Origin: a virus
Lineage: Duplodnaviria > Caudoviricetes
Length of the DNA: 64,000 bases
Reading direction: 5' to 3' (one strand)
Virus record (IMG/VR): IMGVR_UViG_3300033066_002255
In this document: positions 19,744 to 28,746 of the stretch, in pieces
Position numbering within the stretch: position 1 is the stretch's first letter
How the letters are laid out: each line of letters begins with the position of its first letter
Position numbers and translations under genes: made by a program
Notes under the pieces: model-generated
Seen by the model: the letters and a program-made list of their open reading frames with translations, nothing else
What the model was told of the DNA's origin: nothing
The model's database searches: none

Positions 19744-20142
19744 TTAATTATCTGTACTTTCTTCTTCTTCGCTAGTTATATCATTATCATCAGATATATC
19801 TGCACTTCCTTCTTCTTCGCTTTGCTTTATAAGGTCAATTATAGCTCTCATTTGAGCATCCGATTGTCCCATTGAAGCTGGATTCGAATTATCGTTATCT
19901 TTAAAGATAATGCTTTTAATTTCCTTTGCTAAATTAGAAAGGTCATTAGTATTATCAGAAGCAAGTCTTAGAAAGGCAACAGCATTTTTACCTAATAACA
20001 TAAAATGGTCATTAGTTTGCATAGATTCATCTGCCTTTCTATATCTATCTAAAGCTAAATCTCTTTCTTCTTCTTTGTTTTTAAGAATTCTATTTAGAAG
20101 CATTATATAACTTGCTTCGTCAATTTTTATTTCTTTACTCAT
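19744..20142 (-). CDS. Hypothetical protein
   Basis: First gene after the minus-strand late motif at 20156-20162. Confidence 0.7.
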   Translation of the reverse strand: MSKEIKIDEASYIMLLNRILKNKEEERDLALDRYRKADESMQTNDHFMLLGKNAVAFLRLASDNTNDLSNLAKEIKSIIFKDNDNSNPASMGQSDAQMRAIIDLIKQSEEEGSADISDDNDITSEEEESTDN

Positions 20143-20178
20143 ATTTTATTTTATTATAAATATATTATCAAAAAAAAA

Positions 20179-20487
20179 CTAAGAAAGAAAAAATTCCTCC
20201 TTAGTTCTATTATAAATTTCAAGAATTTTTTCTTTTAATTCTGGATTATCGAATTCTTTAGGTTTTAAATGATTTTCAAGATTAGTTATTTTATCTATAA
20301 GTTCATAAACAAGATTCCTAAAATCGTTTTCAAAAGAAAAACTAAAATTAAATTCAAAATCTAATATTTGCAAAAAATGCTTACGAAATATTAAATAGTT
20401 TTTTTCATTTATTTCGCCAGAGTTATCTTCAAACCATTCTTCTAAAATCAATAAAAAAACTTCTCTTTTAGCATTATTCGTCATCAT
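20179..20487 (-). CDS. Hypothetical protein
   Basis: ORF overlapping sigma-factor stop. Confidence 0.6.
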   Translation of the reverse strand: MMTNNAKREVFLLILEEWFEDNSGEINEKNYLIFRKHFLQILDFEFNFSFSFENDFRNLVYELIDKITNLENHLKPKEFDNPELKEKILEIYNRTKEEFFLS

Positions 20488-21562
20488 CTCTTTTAATAAA
20501 ATCTTGTTTTAATAAACGATAGAAAGCTCTAAATCTACTTAAAGAATAAGTAATATCTTTAGTTTGTAAACCAGTACTTTCTTTAATCAAATGATAAACA
20601 TGATTTTTATTATATGCACCTAAAATTTCATGATTTTTAAAGATTTGAATTATTGCATCGCCAACCTTCATGTCATTTTCAGAAAGATGGCCTTTGTCTA
20701 ATTCGCACTCTATAGAATCTATAACGTGACTAAAAAGTGTATAAGATGTGTCTAAATCTGACTTATCATGTAATTCAAATTTTTCTACACTATCTGCCTC
20801 CTCACGATGGTCATCATAATCTAAATTAGTTTGAATAAACTTATCTAATTCTTTTTTTTCACCTTGCAAATAATGTTTGGCAACTGTTCCAAAGTAAGAA
20901 AACGATTTTGTATTCTTACCTGGGTTAAAATTAGCAAACTTACCATAGACAAAAGAAAGACAGTCATTATGAAGTGTTTTGATATCTACACCTGGCCTAA
21001 ATAATTTAAAATTGAAAATGATATTTTCAATCAGTTTATTTAACGGTTTTTGAATTCTATCTCTAAAAATTTTATCCTTATATAGAATATATTTCAAGTT
21101 AGATGTTTCATCAGATTTTTCTTTAAAATACTGAACTTTTGACTCATCTACTGGTTTTTTCTTTTTCCAGCAACTTTCTACATATTTTACAAGTTGAACA
21201 TTGTAATAATTAAAATCATTTTCTAAAAATTCTATAACTGCCATTTCTGTGTCTTCAGTCCAATATGTCTTTCTTTTCTTTTCTAATTCTAAGATATCTA
21301 TATCGGCTTTCACTGTAGGTGCTTCTTCTGGAGATGTAACAATTATGTCTTTTTCTATTAAATTTTCTTGGTTTTCAATTATTATAATATTTTCTTCTAT
21401 TTTCGGGGTAACTTTTTTAGAAGTTACTTTTTCGACTATTTTTTTTGTAGTTGTTTTTTTTGCAGCCGTTTTTTTAACAACTGCTTTTTTAACTACTTTA
21501 CTTTTTTTTGCTGTTGTATTATTTGCCTTTTTTTTATTATTTTTTTTAATAAGACGGCTCAT
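20474..21562 (-). CDS. Phage sigma factor, gp55-like (late transcription), with Lys/Ala-rich N-terminal extension
   Basis: YWTEDTE...LIENII...DCLSFVYGKFANFNPGKNTKSFSYFGTVAKHYL resembles sigma region 2; ATG at 21562 preferred. Confidence 0.65.
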   Translation of the reverse strand: MSRLIKKNNKKKANNTTAKKSKVVKKAVVKKTAAKKTTTKKIVEKVTSKKVTPKIEENIIIIENQENLIEKDIIVTSPEEAPTVKADIDILELEKKRKTYWTEDTEMAVIEFLENDFNYYNVQLVKYVESCWKKKKPVDESKVQYFKEKSDETSNLKYILYKDKIFRDRIQKPLNKLIENIIFNFKLFRPGVDIKTLHNDCLSFVYGKFANFNPGKNTKSFSYFGTVAKHYLQGEKKELDKFIQTNLDYDDHREEADSVEKFELHDKSDLDTSYTLFSHVIDSIECELDKGHLSENDMKVGDAIIQIFKNHEILGAYNKNHVYHLIKESTGLQTKDITYSLSRFRAFYRLLKQDFIKRDDDE

Positions 21563-22505
21563 AAATCTTTTTTCTATCTTCTTCAAAGAAGTATTCTTTT
21601 TTAGCTAATTCAAACCAATATCTACCTTCTTCTGGCGTAATACCACCTTTTTCTAATGGATAAGTTGTAATATCCTGAGGCAGCTTACACGTAGAATCAT
21701 TGAAAGTGTTTTTTCTCACTATTTTTAATTCATATCCTATTCTTGGAATAGTCATTATTTTTAAGTCATTATAAACCATTCTTAAAAAGAATTCATAATA
21801 GTGAGTAAGTTTCATACTTTCTTTCATTGGCTTAAAAGTTCCTGAAATAGAGTTATCCGCTTCATCTTTTTCTGCTTCAGAATATTCTTTTATAGCAGAA
21901 ATTTTATATAAGGCACCTAATGGATTAACGCAATTATAACGCATTAACATATTAACGTCTATTTTTCCTGCTTCTTCGGCCATTCCTTCTGCCCAAGATG
22001 CTTCGTTTAATAAACCAGAGAAAGAACCGTTAATAGAATTTCTCATCATAGGTAAGAATACTCCTATTTCAGGATTTTCAGATGCGTATGTTTCAACTGT
22101 ATTAAACCATTTTAAAGAATAGCTATCATCTGGTTCTATTACTGAAATAAAATCATATCCTGATTCATCAGCAATATTAAATGTTTTATTGAAAATTTGT
22201 GCAAAACTTAAAGGAGTTTCACAAATTACATGAGAACAATTAACAGATTTTGTAGCTTTCACTATTTCTTCTTTAATTTCTCCATTTTCTTCTCTCTTAG
22301 AAATAGAATAATATGGAGCTAAAGTAATTTCCTTTATTCTTTCAATATTCTCAGAGCTTAAACCATGAGTATAAATTAAAAGGTCTACTGGCTTACTTTG
22401 TTCTGCAAGAGTATAAATACATTCTGCCAAATTTCTTTCTAATGGCATTTCATATAAGTACATTGCTACTAAGCAATTACTTTGTTTTGATTCCTTCAAG
22501 TTCAT
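21546..22505 (-). CDS. Glycosyltransferase, GT-A fold (GT2-like)
   Basis: Q..PVDLLI, FISVIEPDD (DxD-like), YEFFLRM motifs. Confidence 0.65.
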   Translation of the reverse strand: MNLKESKQSNCLVAMYLYEMPLERNLAECIYTLAEQSKPVDLLIYTHGLSSENIERIKEITLAPYYSISKREENGEIKEEIVKATKSVNCSHVICETPLSFAQIFNKTFNIADESGYDFISVIEPDDSYSLKWFNTVETYASENPEIGVFLPMMRNSINGSFSGLLNEASWAEGMAEEAGKIDVNMLMRYNCVNPLGALYKISAIKEYSEAEKDEADNSISGTFKPMKESMKLTHYYEFFLRMVYNDLKIMTIPRIGYELKIVRKNTFNDSTCKLPQDITTYPLEKGGITPEEGRYWFELAKKEYFFEEDRKKIYEPSY

Positions 22506-23700
22506 TGATTCTTTCGTTTTTGTATTGATTAATAATATTTACAATTCCAGCTATTTCTAACTCTTCAGTATAAGGCTCAAGAGTTTTTTCATAAGATTCT
22601 TGAATTTCTGGTAAATCCATTTCTCCTGCTAACCACTTATCAATAGCTACTCCTAATAATTCTGCAGTAGTAAAGATATCTCCATTAGCTGTCCAGAAAC
22701 CATTATTTTCATTTATATATTCTTTACCTCCAAATGGAGCCCATCCAACAACATGCGTCCCAGAAGCCATAGCTTCTAATGGTAAAGTACCAAAGCCAGC
22801 AATATCATCTGTATATAATAAAAAAGCACAAGAAGCAAGTCTTTCTGCGAATTGTTCTCTATCCATTCCTTGTAACTCTACAAATCTAACCCATTTTAAA
22901 TGAGGATAGAAAGCATAAAAATTCTTGATAATACTGTGAGTTTTCATTTTATTTTCTTGACCTCTACTACCAGTAAATGCAACCATAGGAAATTTTTCAG
23001 ATAATTTAGATGGTACTTTAAATAACTTTCTATTGATACCTTGTTTAAAGTTTTTAATATTTAATCCTGGCATTGTTGAATTAATATATTCAGTAATAGC
23101 ATCAGATACACTAATTACATCTTGAATACCGAAATGTTGCCATTTTTGACCAGGCTGCATTGCTAATAAAACATAAAACCAACTTTGAGCAAGAACAATT
23201 CTTTTACAAGAAACTTGCATAGTTTTTTGCATTACATTTGGATATCCTTCTGGAATAATTAAAAAGTCTTCAGGACTAACATTTAAATTAGAACATTTAA
23301 AAGGAATATATTCTCCTTTTTCATTTTTGTCTTCACTAAAGTAAATATCTTTATCACCTAATGGAATAAACTCAATACCAGTTAAGTCAAAATCAACCCA
23401 AGATGGATTAAATTTATCATAAACATCTATTTGAGTTTTTGCTTTCATAGAAGCCTCATAAGAAGCTCTTTGATTAATCATAGCTGGTTCATAAACAATT
23501 TTAATATTATGACCTGCGTCTTTTAAGGTTTTTGCTGATTTTAGTAAAACCCCTACTCCTCCACTTGGAGTATTCATGTGTGGACAATAAAAAATAATGC
23601 TAAATTGATTATCTCTTATTTTGTTAATAGTTAAATCAATGAATTCATTATGACTTAACTTTTTTTCTTCTACAACTGGTGTTGCTGCTTCGTTTTCCAT
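22477..23700 (-). CDS. Glycosyltransferase, GT-B fold (GT4-like)
   Basis: PSGGV N-terminal motif; AGFGTLPLEAMASGTHVV. Confidence 0.8.
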   Translation of the reverse strand: MENEAATPVVEEKKLSHNEFIDLTINKIRDNQFSIIFYCPHMNTPSGGVGVLLKSAKTLKDAGHNIKIVYEPAMINQRASYEASMKAKTQIDVYDKFNPSWVDFDLTGIEFIPLGDKDIYFSEDKNEKGEYIPFKCSNLNVSPEDFLIIPEGYPNVMQKTMQVSCKRIVLAQSWFYVLLAMQPGQKWQHFGIQDVISVSDAITEYINSTMPGLNIKNFKQGINRKLFKVPSKLSEKFPMVAFTGSRGQENKMKTHSIIKNFYAFYPHLKWVRFVELQGMDREQFAERLASCAFLLYTDDIAGFGTLPLEAMASGTHVVGWAPFGGKEYINENNGFWTANGDIFTTAELLGVAIDKWLAGEMDLPEIQESYEKTLEPYTEELEIAGIVNIINQYKNERINELEGIKTK

Positions 23701-23781
23701 ATATTTATTTCAATTATTAATGGTTAATTATTTTAAATATAGAAACGTAAAATAATAAAGTAAATAGTTTTTTAAAAAAAT

Positions 23782-23812
23782 AAAAAAAAGCCATCAAAAA
23801 TTTGATGGCTTT
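23782..23812 (-). terminator. Intrinsic terminator
   Basis: AAAGCCATCAAA/TTTGATGGCTTT hairpin with U-tract on minus strand. Confidence 0.8.
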
Positions 23813-23832
23813 AGAAAAAATAATATTATTTT

Positions 23833-24993
23833 TTAAACAATTCCACTTGAATCATTACTGTTTTGAGATTTATTATTTAAGTTTGACAAAGCATCTTTAG
23901 CCTTTTGTATATCTGCATCTGATACTGTACCGCTTAAATCAAGAGATAATGCATCTTCTCCTATGTTGTTACCACTTACTACTTCAGATAAGTAACTATC
24001 ATTTGTAAATACTCCAGCACTTCTATACATTGCTCTTTTTCCAAGAGAAGAACTTAAGGAATTAAAAGCAAGAGTAGAGCCAACACCTGAAGAAACATAA
24101 TTAGAAGTATTTTGATAAGCAATACCTAAATTACTTGCTGTCATAACAGCATTTTGATTTGCTCCTATATATGTAAATGTCCACATTTTAGTAGCTTCAA
24201 GACTTTCAATTAAATCTTTAATTGAAGATGCGTTATATTCTTTTGAAGCGTTTTCAAAACCATCTGTTAATATAACTACATATACATCTGCTTCTCCAGA
24301 ATCTATTTTAGAAGAAATTCTATTTTTTAAATTCTTAACACTTATTCCAATTGCATCATGTAAAGCTGTAGTTGCATCAGGTCTATAATCTTCTTCAGTA
24401 AGCTTTCTTAATTTATCTGAAGATACATTTTCAAATAAAGGTGTAATCTCATCATCAAATTTAATTATGCTTACAAAATATTTTTGGTCAGGATATTTTT
24501 CACTAAGATTTTTTATTGTTTGAATTTGTTCATTCAAACCTCCAAGTGTTTCTTTTTTTGCCCCTTCCATAGAACCACTTTCATCTACAATTAAAAGATA
24601 GTGAGTTTCTTTAGGTGTAACAGTTGTTGTAGTAGTCGTTGTAACAGTTGTTGTTGTAACAACTTTCTTCACTCTATTTAAAACTTTTCTAGCAGCTTTT
24701 TTACCTTTTTTAGGAGCTGCAGTTTTCTTAGGAGTTACTTTCTTTTTAGGAGCTGCTTTCTTTTTAGGAGCAGCAGTCTTTTTAGGAGCTACTTTCTTTT
24801 TAGAAGCTGCAGTTTTCTTAGGAGCTACCTTCTTTTTAGGGGCTGCTTTCTTTTTAGGAGCAGCAGTCTTTTTAGGAGCTACTTTCTTTTTAGAAGCTGC
24901 AGTTTTCTTAGGAGCTACCTTCTTTTTAGGGGCTGCTTTCTTTTTTGGAGCAGCAGTCTTTTTAGGAGACTTTTGTTTTGTTTTTGCTTTCAT
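23833..24993 (-). CDS. Histone H1-like Lys/Ala/Pro repeat region fused to a vWA domain
   Basis: KKTAAP/KKKAAP/KKKVAP repeats; MIDAS DESGSM, T(ALHDAI), ILTDGFENAS. Confidence 0.85.
   Translation of the reverse strand: MKAKTKQKSPKKTAAPKKKAAPKKKVAPKKTAASKKKVAPKKTAAPKKKAAPKKKVAPKKTAASKKKVAPKKTAAPKKKAAPKKKVTPKKTAAPKKGKKAARKVLNRVKKVVTTTTVTTTTTTTVTPKETHYLLIVDESGSMEGAKKETLGGLNEQIQTIKNLSEKYPDQKYFVSIIKFDDEITPLFENVSSDKLRKLTEEDYRPDATTALHDAIGISVKNLKNRISSKIDSGEADVYVVILTDGFENASKEYNASSIKDLIESLEATKMWTFTYIGANQNAVMTASNLGIAYQNTSNYVSSGVGSTLAFNSLSSSLGKRAMYRSAGVFTNDSYLSEVVSGNNIGEDALSLDLSGTVSDADIQKAKDALSNLNNKSQNSNDSSGIV
24705..24965. repeat. Coding tandem repeat: 18-nt units arranged in a 90-nt higher-order period
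   Basis: About three copies of KKTAAPKKKAAPKKKVAPKKTAASKKKVAP, near-identical at DNA level. Confidence 0.9.
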
Positions 24994-25073
24994 GTGTTTG
25001 CTTTTTTTTAATTATTTTTTTAATTTCTTTAGCTGTCGCTACTTTTCCTTTTTTCATATTATTATTTTTTATT

Positions 25074-25823
25074 TTATTCTACTGTATTAAATATTTTTTT
25101 AAAAAAATCTTCATTGTAAACTTCTTTTATGCTTTGAAAAGAATAATCTGCTGCATCCCATTGATTAAAAGAATGATTAATTTTAATACTCACTTTATCT
25201 GCTGGTTTTGTTTGAAATGTTGTTGGCATAATGTCAATTACAGCATCGCAATGATTCCACTTTTCAGAGTCGGAATTTAAATGTTTAATATTTTTTATTC
25301 TACAATTAGTAGAACCTAAAAATGCATATGTTGCTGTAATAGCTTTGCTTTTAAGAGTAGTAAATAATACTACATCAAATAAACCTTTTGAAAGGCCTAA
25401 AAATTGTATTTTATTAACTGTTTCCATTGCGCCAGGATATTCAGGAGCCATTCCAAAAATTTGATAAGGATAAGTTTCATAAAGAAAATCTTCTAAATTT
25501 TGTTTTGGAGACATTTCAATAGGTGTATAATCAACTCCTTCTTCAATATCTAACTTAGACATTTTAATCGTTTTTGAATCGAACTTATAATGATTCAATA
25601 AATCAAAAGAATCTACTGGAAGAGTTATAAGCTCTCTTTCTTTATCTTTAATTCTTTGTTCTATAGCTTTTTCTTCTTCCTCGCTATAAGCCTTATATGC
25701 CATATTCTCTTCATCCATAGCTACAATGCTTGGATTGTGAATATACATTTTTCTATACTGTTTGTCAAATTGACTATGGAAATCTCTGATTATTCCATCT
25801 ATATTTATTCCTAATGTTTTCAT
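25074..25823 (-). CDS. HAD-family 5'(3')-deoxyribonucleotidase-like protein (start revised to ATG 25823)
   Basis: MKTLGINIDGIIRD (degenerate DxDG), PGA.E, K...D..ID, FN motifs. Confidence 0.6.
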   Translation of the reverse strand: MKTLGINIDGIIRDFHSQFDKQYRKMYIHNPSIVAMDEENMAYKAYSEEEEKAIEQRIKDKERELITLPVDSFDLLNHYKFDSKTIKMSKLDIEEGVDYTPIEMSPKQNLEDFLYETYPYQIFGMAPEYPGAMETVNKIQFLGLSKGLFDVVLFTTLKSKAITATYAFLGSTNCRIKNIKHLNSDSEKWNHCDAVIDIMPTTFQTKPADKVSIKINHSFNQWDAADYSFQSIKEVYNEDFFKKIFNTVE

Positions 25824-25836
25824 GCTAAAATATAAT

Positions 25837-25895
25837 AAATAAAAAAGACTAAACAAAATTTTTATAGTTTAAATTTTGTTTAGTCTTTTTTATTT
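25837..25895. repeat. 25-bp perfect inverted repeat (long hairpin/terminator)
   Basis: AAATAAAAAAGACTAAACAAAATTT-N9-AAATTTTGTTTAGTCTTTTTTATTT. Confidence 0.85.
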
Positions 25896-25911
25896 GACTT
25901 ATTATATCTTG

Positions 25912-27489
25912 CTATTTTAAAGTGGTATATTCTAAACCATCTTTTGTATGAAAGAAAACAATATGCTGCAACTTACCAAGTCTATTAATAATTCCATGAC
26001 TATTAACCCAGGCGCTTGCTCCTACATTATAACCAACACGAAGATATGTTGAAGTACCTACGCTTGCAGCTCCAGCTATTCTACCTATAGTATGAGAATG
26101 TCCTGTCAAACTTTTGCTTGATAATCTACTATATTGAGATATACTACCTCTACTACCAGAAGCTCCAATGTGACCATGAACACTCATAAGCCAACCTTTG
26201 ACTTTTACGCTATCATTATGGCCAAGACACTTAAATTTAGGATATTTTTGATTAATTATATATGGAACTACTCCGTTATCTGCTAATCCCTTAAGTCTTG
26301 CCATAGAATATTCCATATATGGAATAGCATTTTTTAAAGTAGTCATTTTTCTCCAATCAGTAGTTTCAAGAAACTTATCAATATGTTCATCATGATTACT
26401 TTTTACAATATAAACATTGTATTTTTCAAAAGGTTTTAGCCATTCAATCATTTCTTTTACTTCTTTAGCTAAATCATTAGCTCCAGTCATTTCTAATTTG
26501 TGCAATAAAAATGGGTCTTTTAGGTTATGATGACTAACACTTTGAGAATCCATAATATCATGTAGAAATACTTTTTTAGGCTTTAATCTTTTAAAAAGAT
26601 TATTTAAAGTAACATCTGTAACTCTTGGGTCACAATGTCTAACATGAATATCTCCAAGAGCAATAGCTTCTACTTCAGTTTCTTTTGAAGTTTTTTCTCC
26701 ATCTACAAAAGTTTCTAAATCAATAAATTCTCCTTTTGAATTTGCTTGAACTTGTCTGAAAAAGAAAGTTTCTTTGTCCTTAATTTCAACAACTGCAAAT
26801 CCAAGAGAATGATGAAATTCACCCTTCTTTCCTTGTTTACTATCTGTATAATTTTGTAAAGTACAAGCTCCAGTAGTAAACATAATTTTATGTCTCTCTC
26901 CTTCTAAAACAGGCAACGTTTTTAATTCAATACGAGGATGTCCAACAACACAAGAGTGGTCTCCTGTCATACCTTCTAATCCTTGGAGTGGTTGAGAACT
27001 TGTAGGTTGTATTTTAATATCTGATAATACAGAAACTGCATTATTAAAATTATTTCTATTTAATGTTAAATAAGGTAAAATAGCTTCATCCCACCAATCA
27101 TCATTTTCTTGTTTATCAGTCCAAACGCTTGTTGGATTTTTAAAGCGATATGGAATTACTAAAATTTCAGCATCATATTTTTTTGCAAGAGTTTCCATAC
27201 CTTTTACAAAATTTTTGTGAATGCTTGTTGCATTTTGTGCCGCCGTAATAAAGAAAATCTTTTTATCTTTATCGTGACTTTTATTTTTGGCAACTTTTAG
27301 GATTTCTGGTTCTACAGCACCTTTTTCTGCAAATCCTAATTTGTTAGAACACCATATCCTAACAGTCCTTTCGGATTTGCCAAAAAAATCCATTAAAATT
27401 TTCATTCTTTCATCCCAAGCAAGTGTTTTATCAGTATAAACACCTTTGGCATATTTGATTTGGTCTTCTGTTAAATCTTTAAAATTCAT
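25912..27489 (-). CDS. Calcineurin-like metallophosphoesterase/nuclease, probably T5 A1-like
   Basis: GDIH, HD.MD, SNHDEH, HGH, GHSH motifs; N-terminal HTH-like region and ITAAQNAT. Confidence 0.7.
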   Translation of the reverse strand: MNFKDLTEDQIKYAKGVYTDKTLAWDERMKILMDFFGKSERTVRIWCSNKLGFAEKGAVEPEILKVAKNKSHDKDKKIFFITAAQNATSIHKNFVKGMETLAKKYDAEILVIPYRFKNPTSVWTDKQENDDWWDEAILPYLTLNRNNFNNAVSVLSDIKIQPTSSQPLQGLEGMTGDHSCVVGHPRIELKTLPVLEGERHKIMFTTGACTLQNYTDSKQGKKGEFHHSLGFAVVEIKDKETFFFRQVQANSKGEFIDLETFVDGEKTSKETEVEAIALGDIHVRHCDPRVTDVTLNNLFKRLKPKKVFLHDIMDSQSVSHHNLKDPFLLHKLEMTGANDLAKEVKEMIEWLKPFEKYNVYIVKSNHDEHIDKFLETTDWRKMTTLKNAIPYMEYSMARLKGLADNGVVPYIINQKYPKFKCLGHNDSVKVKGWLMSVHGHIGASGSRGSISQYSRLSSKSLTGHSHTIGRIAGAASVGTSTYLRVGYNVGASAWVNSHGIINRLGKLQHIVFFHTKDGLEYTTLK

Positions 27490-27512
27490 AATAAAATGCT
27501 ATTCTTTTTTTG

Positions 27513-27543
27513 CAAATATAATACAAAAAAATAAAATAACAAA
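27513..27543 (-). promoter_or_regulatory. Bacteroidota primary-sigma promoter
   Basis: TTTG-N19-TATATTTG upstream of the phosphoesterase gene. Confidence 0.8.
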
Positions 27544-27567
27544 TTTTATGCGGGATTATTTTTTGAT

Positions 27568-28746
27568 TTACTCAGTTACAACTTTAATTATACAGTCACA
27601 CATCCTATTAATTTCTTCTTCTGTTAACTTAGGATGATTAGGTATATACATACCGCACTTATCGACTTTATTTACATTTTGTAATTCATTTCTACCGTAT
27701 TTTTTTATGTAAAAAGGCTGTGTACCCATAGAGCCACAAATAAGAGGTCTACATTCTACATTATTTTCGATTAAAGCTTTTGCAATTGCATTTTTTTCTT
27801 CTTCAGAGCTTGCAATTATTGGTATACAAAAACTTGCAGTAAAACTTCCTTCAACTTCTTGAGGAAACCATGTATATGGAGATAATTTTTCCTTAAAAAT
27901 TTGAAAGTTTTTATTTCTTTGAGCAATCATTTCATCAACCTTTTTTAGTTGTTCAATACCAATAACTGCTTGTAAATCTGTAGCTCTAACATTAAAGCCA
28001 GGAACATAAAAAGTATATAATGCAGAAAAATCATCTATTCCCCATTGCTCTCTTAATTCTTTTTGTCTTTCAGTATCAAGGTCTCTGTCCCAACCATGAC
28101 TTCTTAATTGCTTAAGCATATCATACACAGCTTTATCATTTGTACATATCATACCACCTTCAATGGTACTCATAGTATGTCCAAAATATGTAGAAAAAGA
28201 AGACATAAGTCCAAAATTTCCAAGTTTTATATCATTATATTTTGTACCTTGAGATTCGCAATTATCTTCTAATAATATTACACCATATTTTTTACAAAGC
28301 TCAACAATCTCATTCATTTTAGGAGAAAGTCCTAAAACTGAAACAAGAATCATTGCAGATGGCTTGTAGTTTTCAAAAATAATTTTAAGATGTTCTATGT
28401 CTACAGCTAAATTAGTAGGGTCTATATCTACAAGTATAGGGTCAAAACCTAATTGCATAACTGGAGCTAAATCTGTTGCCCAGCCAAGAGATGGTACTAC
28501 AATTCTTTTATTTCTAAGTTTATACATTTCAATTAATGCTGCAAGCATTAATAAATTTGCAGATGAACCAGAATTAACAAATACAGAATATTTACAACCA
28601 ATCCATTTAGACCACATTTCTTCAAATTCACGAACTTTATTTCCCTGAGTTAATCTTGGATATGTCTTTAACCATTCAATCAAATTGTCTATGTCGTCTT
28701 TGTCAATTGTATCTTTAACTAAAGTAATCTTTTCTGGATTTGTCAT
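27568..28746 (-). CDS. colD: PLP-dependent GDP-4-keto-6-deoxymannose 3-dehydratase (ColD-type DegT/DnrJ family)
   Basis: VNSGSSANLL, EDNCE, FSTYFGHTMSTIEGG (His at the usual Lys position), LRSHGWDR, PGFNVR. Confidence 0.75.
   Translation of the reverse strand: MTNPEKITLVKDTIDKDDIDNLIEWLKTYPRLTQGNKVREFEEMWSKWIGCKYSVFVNSGSSANLLMLAALIEMYKLRNKRIVVPSLGWATDLAPVMQLGFDPILVDIDPTNLAVDIEHLKIIFENYKPSAMILVSVLGLSPKMNEIVELCKKYGVILLEDNCESQGTKYNDIKLGNFGLMSSFSTYFGHTMSTIEGGMICTNDKAVYDMLKQLRSHGWDRDLDTERQKELREQWGIDDFSALYTFYVPGFNVRATDLQAVIGIEQLKKVDEMIAQRNKNFQIFKEKLSPYTWFPQEVEGSFTASFCIPIIASSEEEKNAIAKALIENNVECRPLICGSMGTQPFYIKKYGRNELQNVNKVDKCGMYIPNHPKLTEEEINRMCDCIIKVVTE

Noticed and set aside
24705-24965. CRISPR-like array
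   Set aside because: In-frame coding repeats without unique spacers; no cas genes
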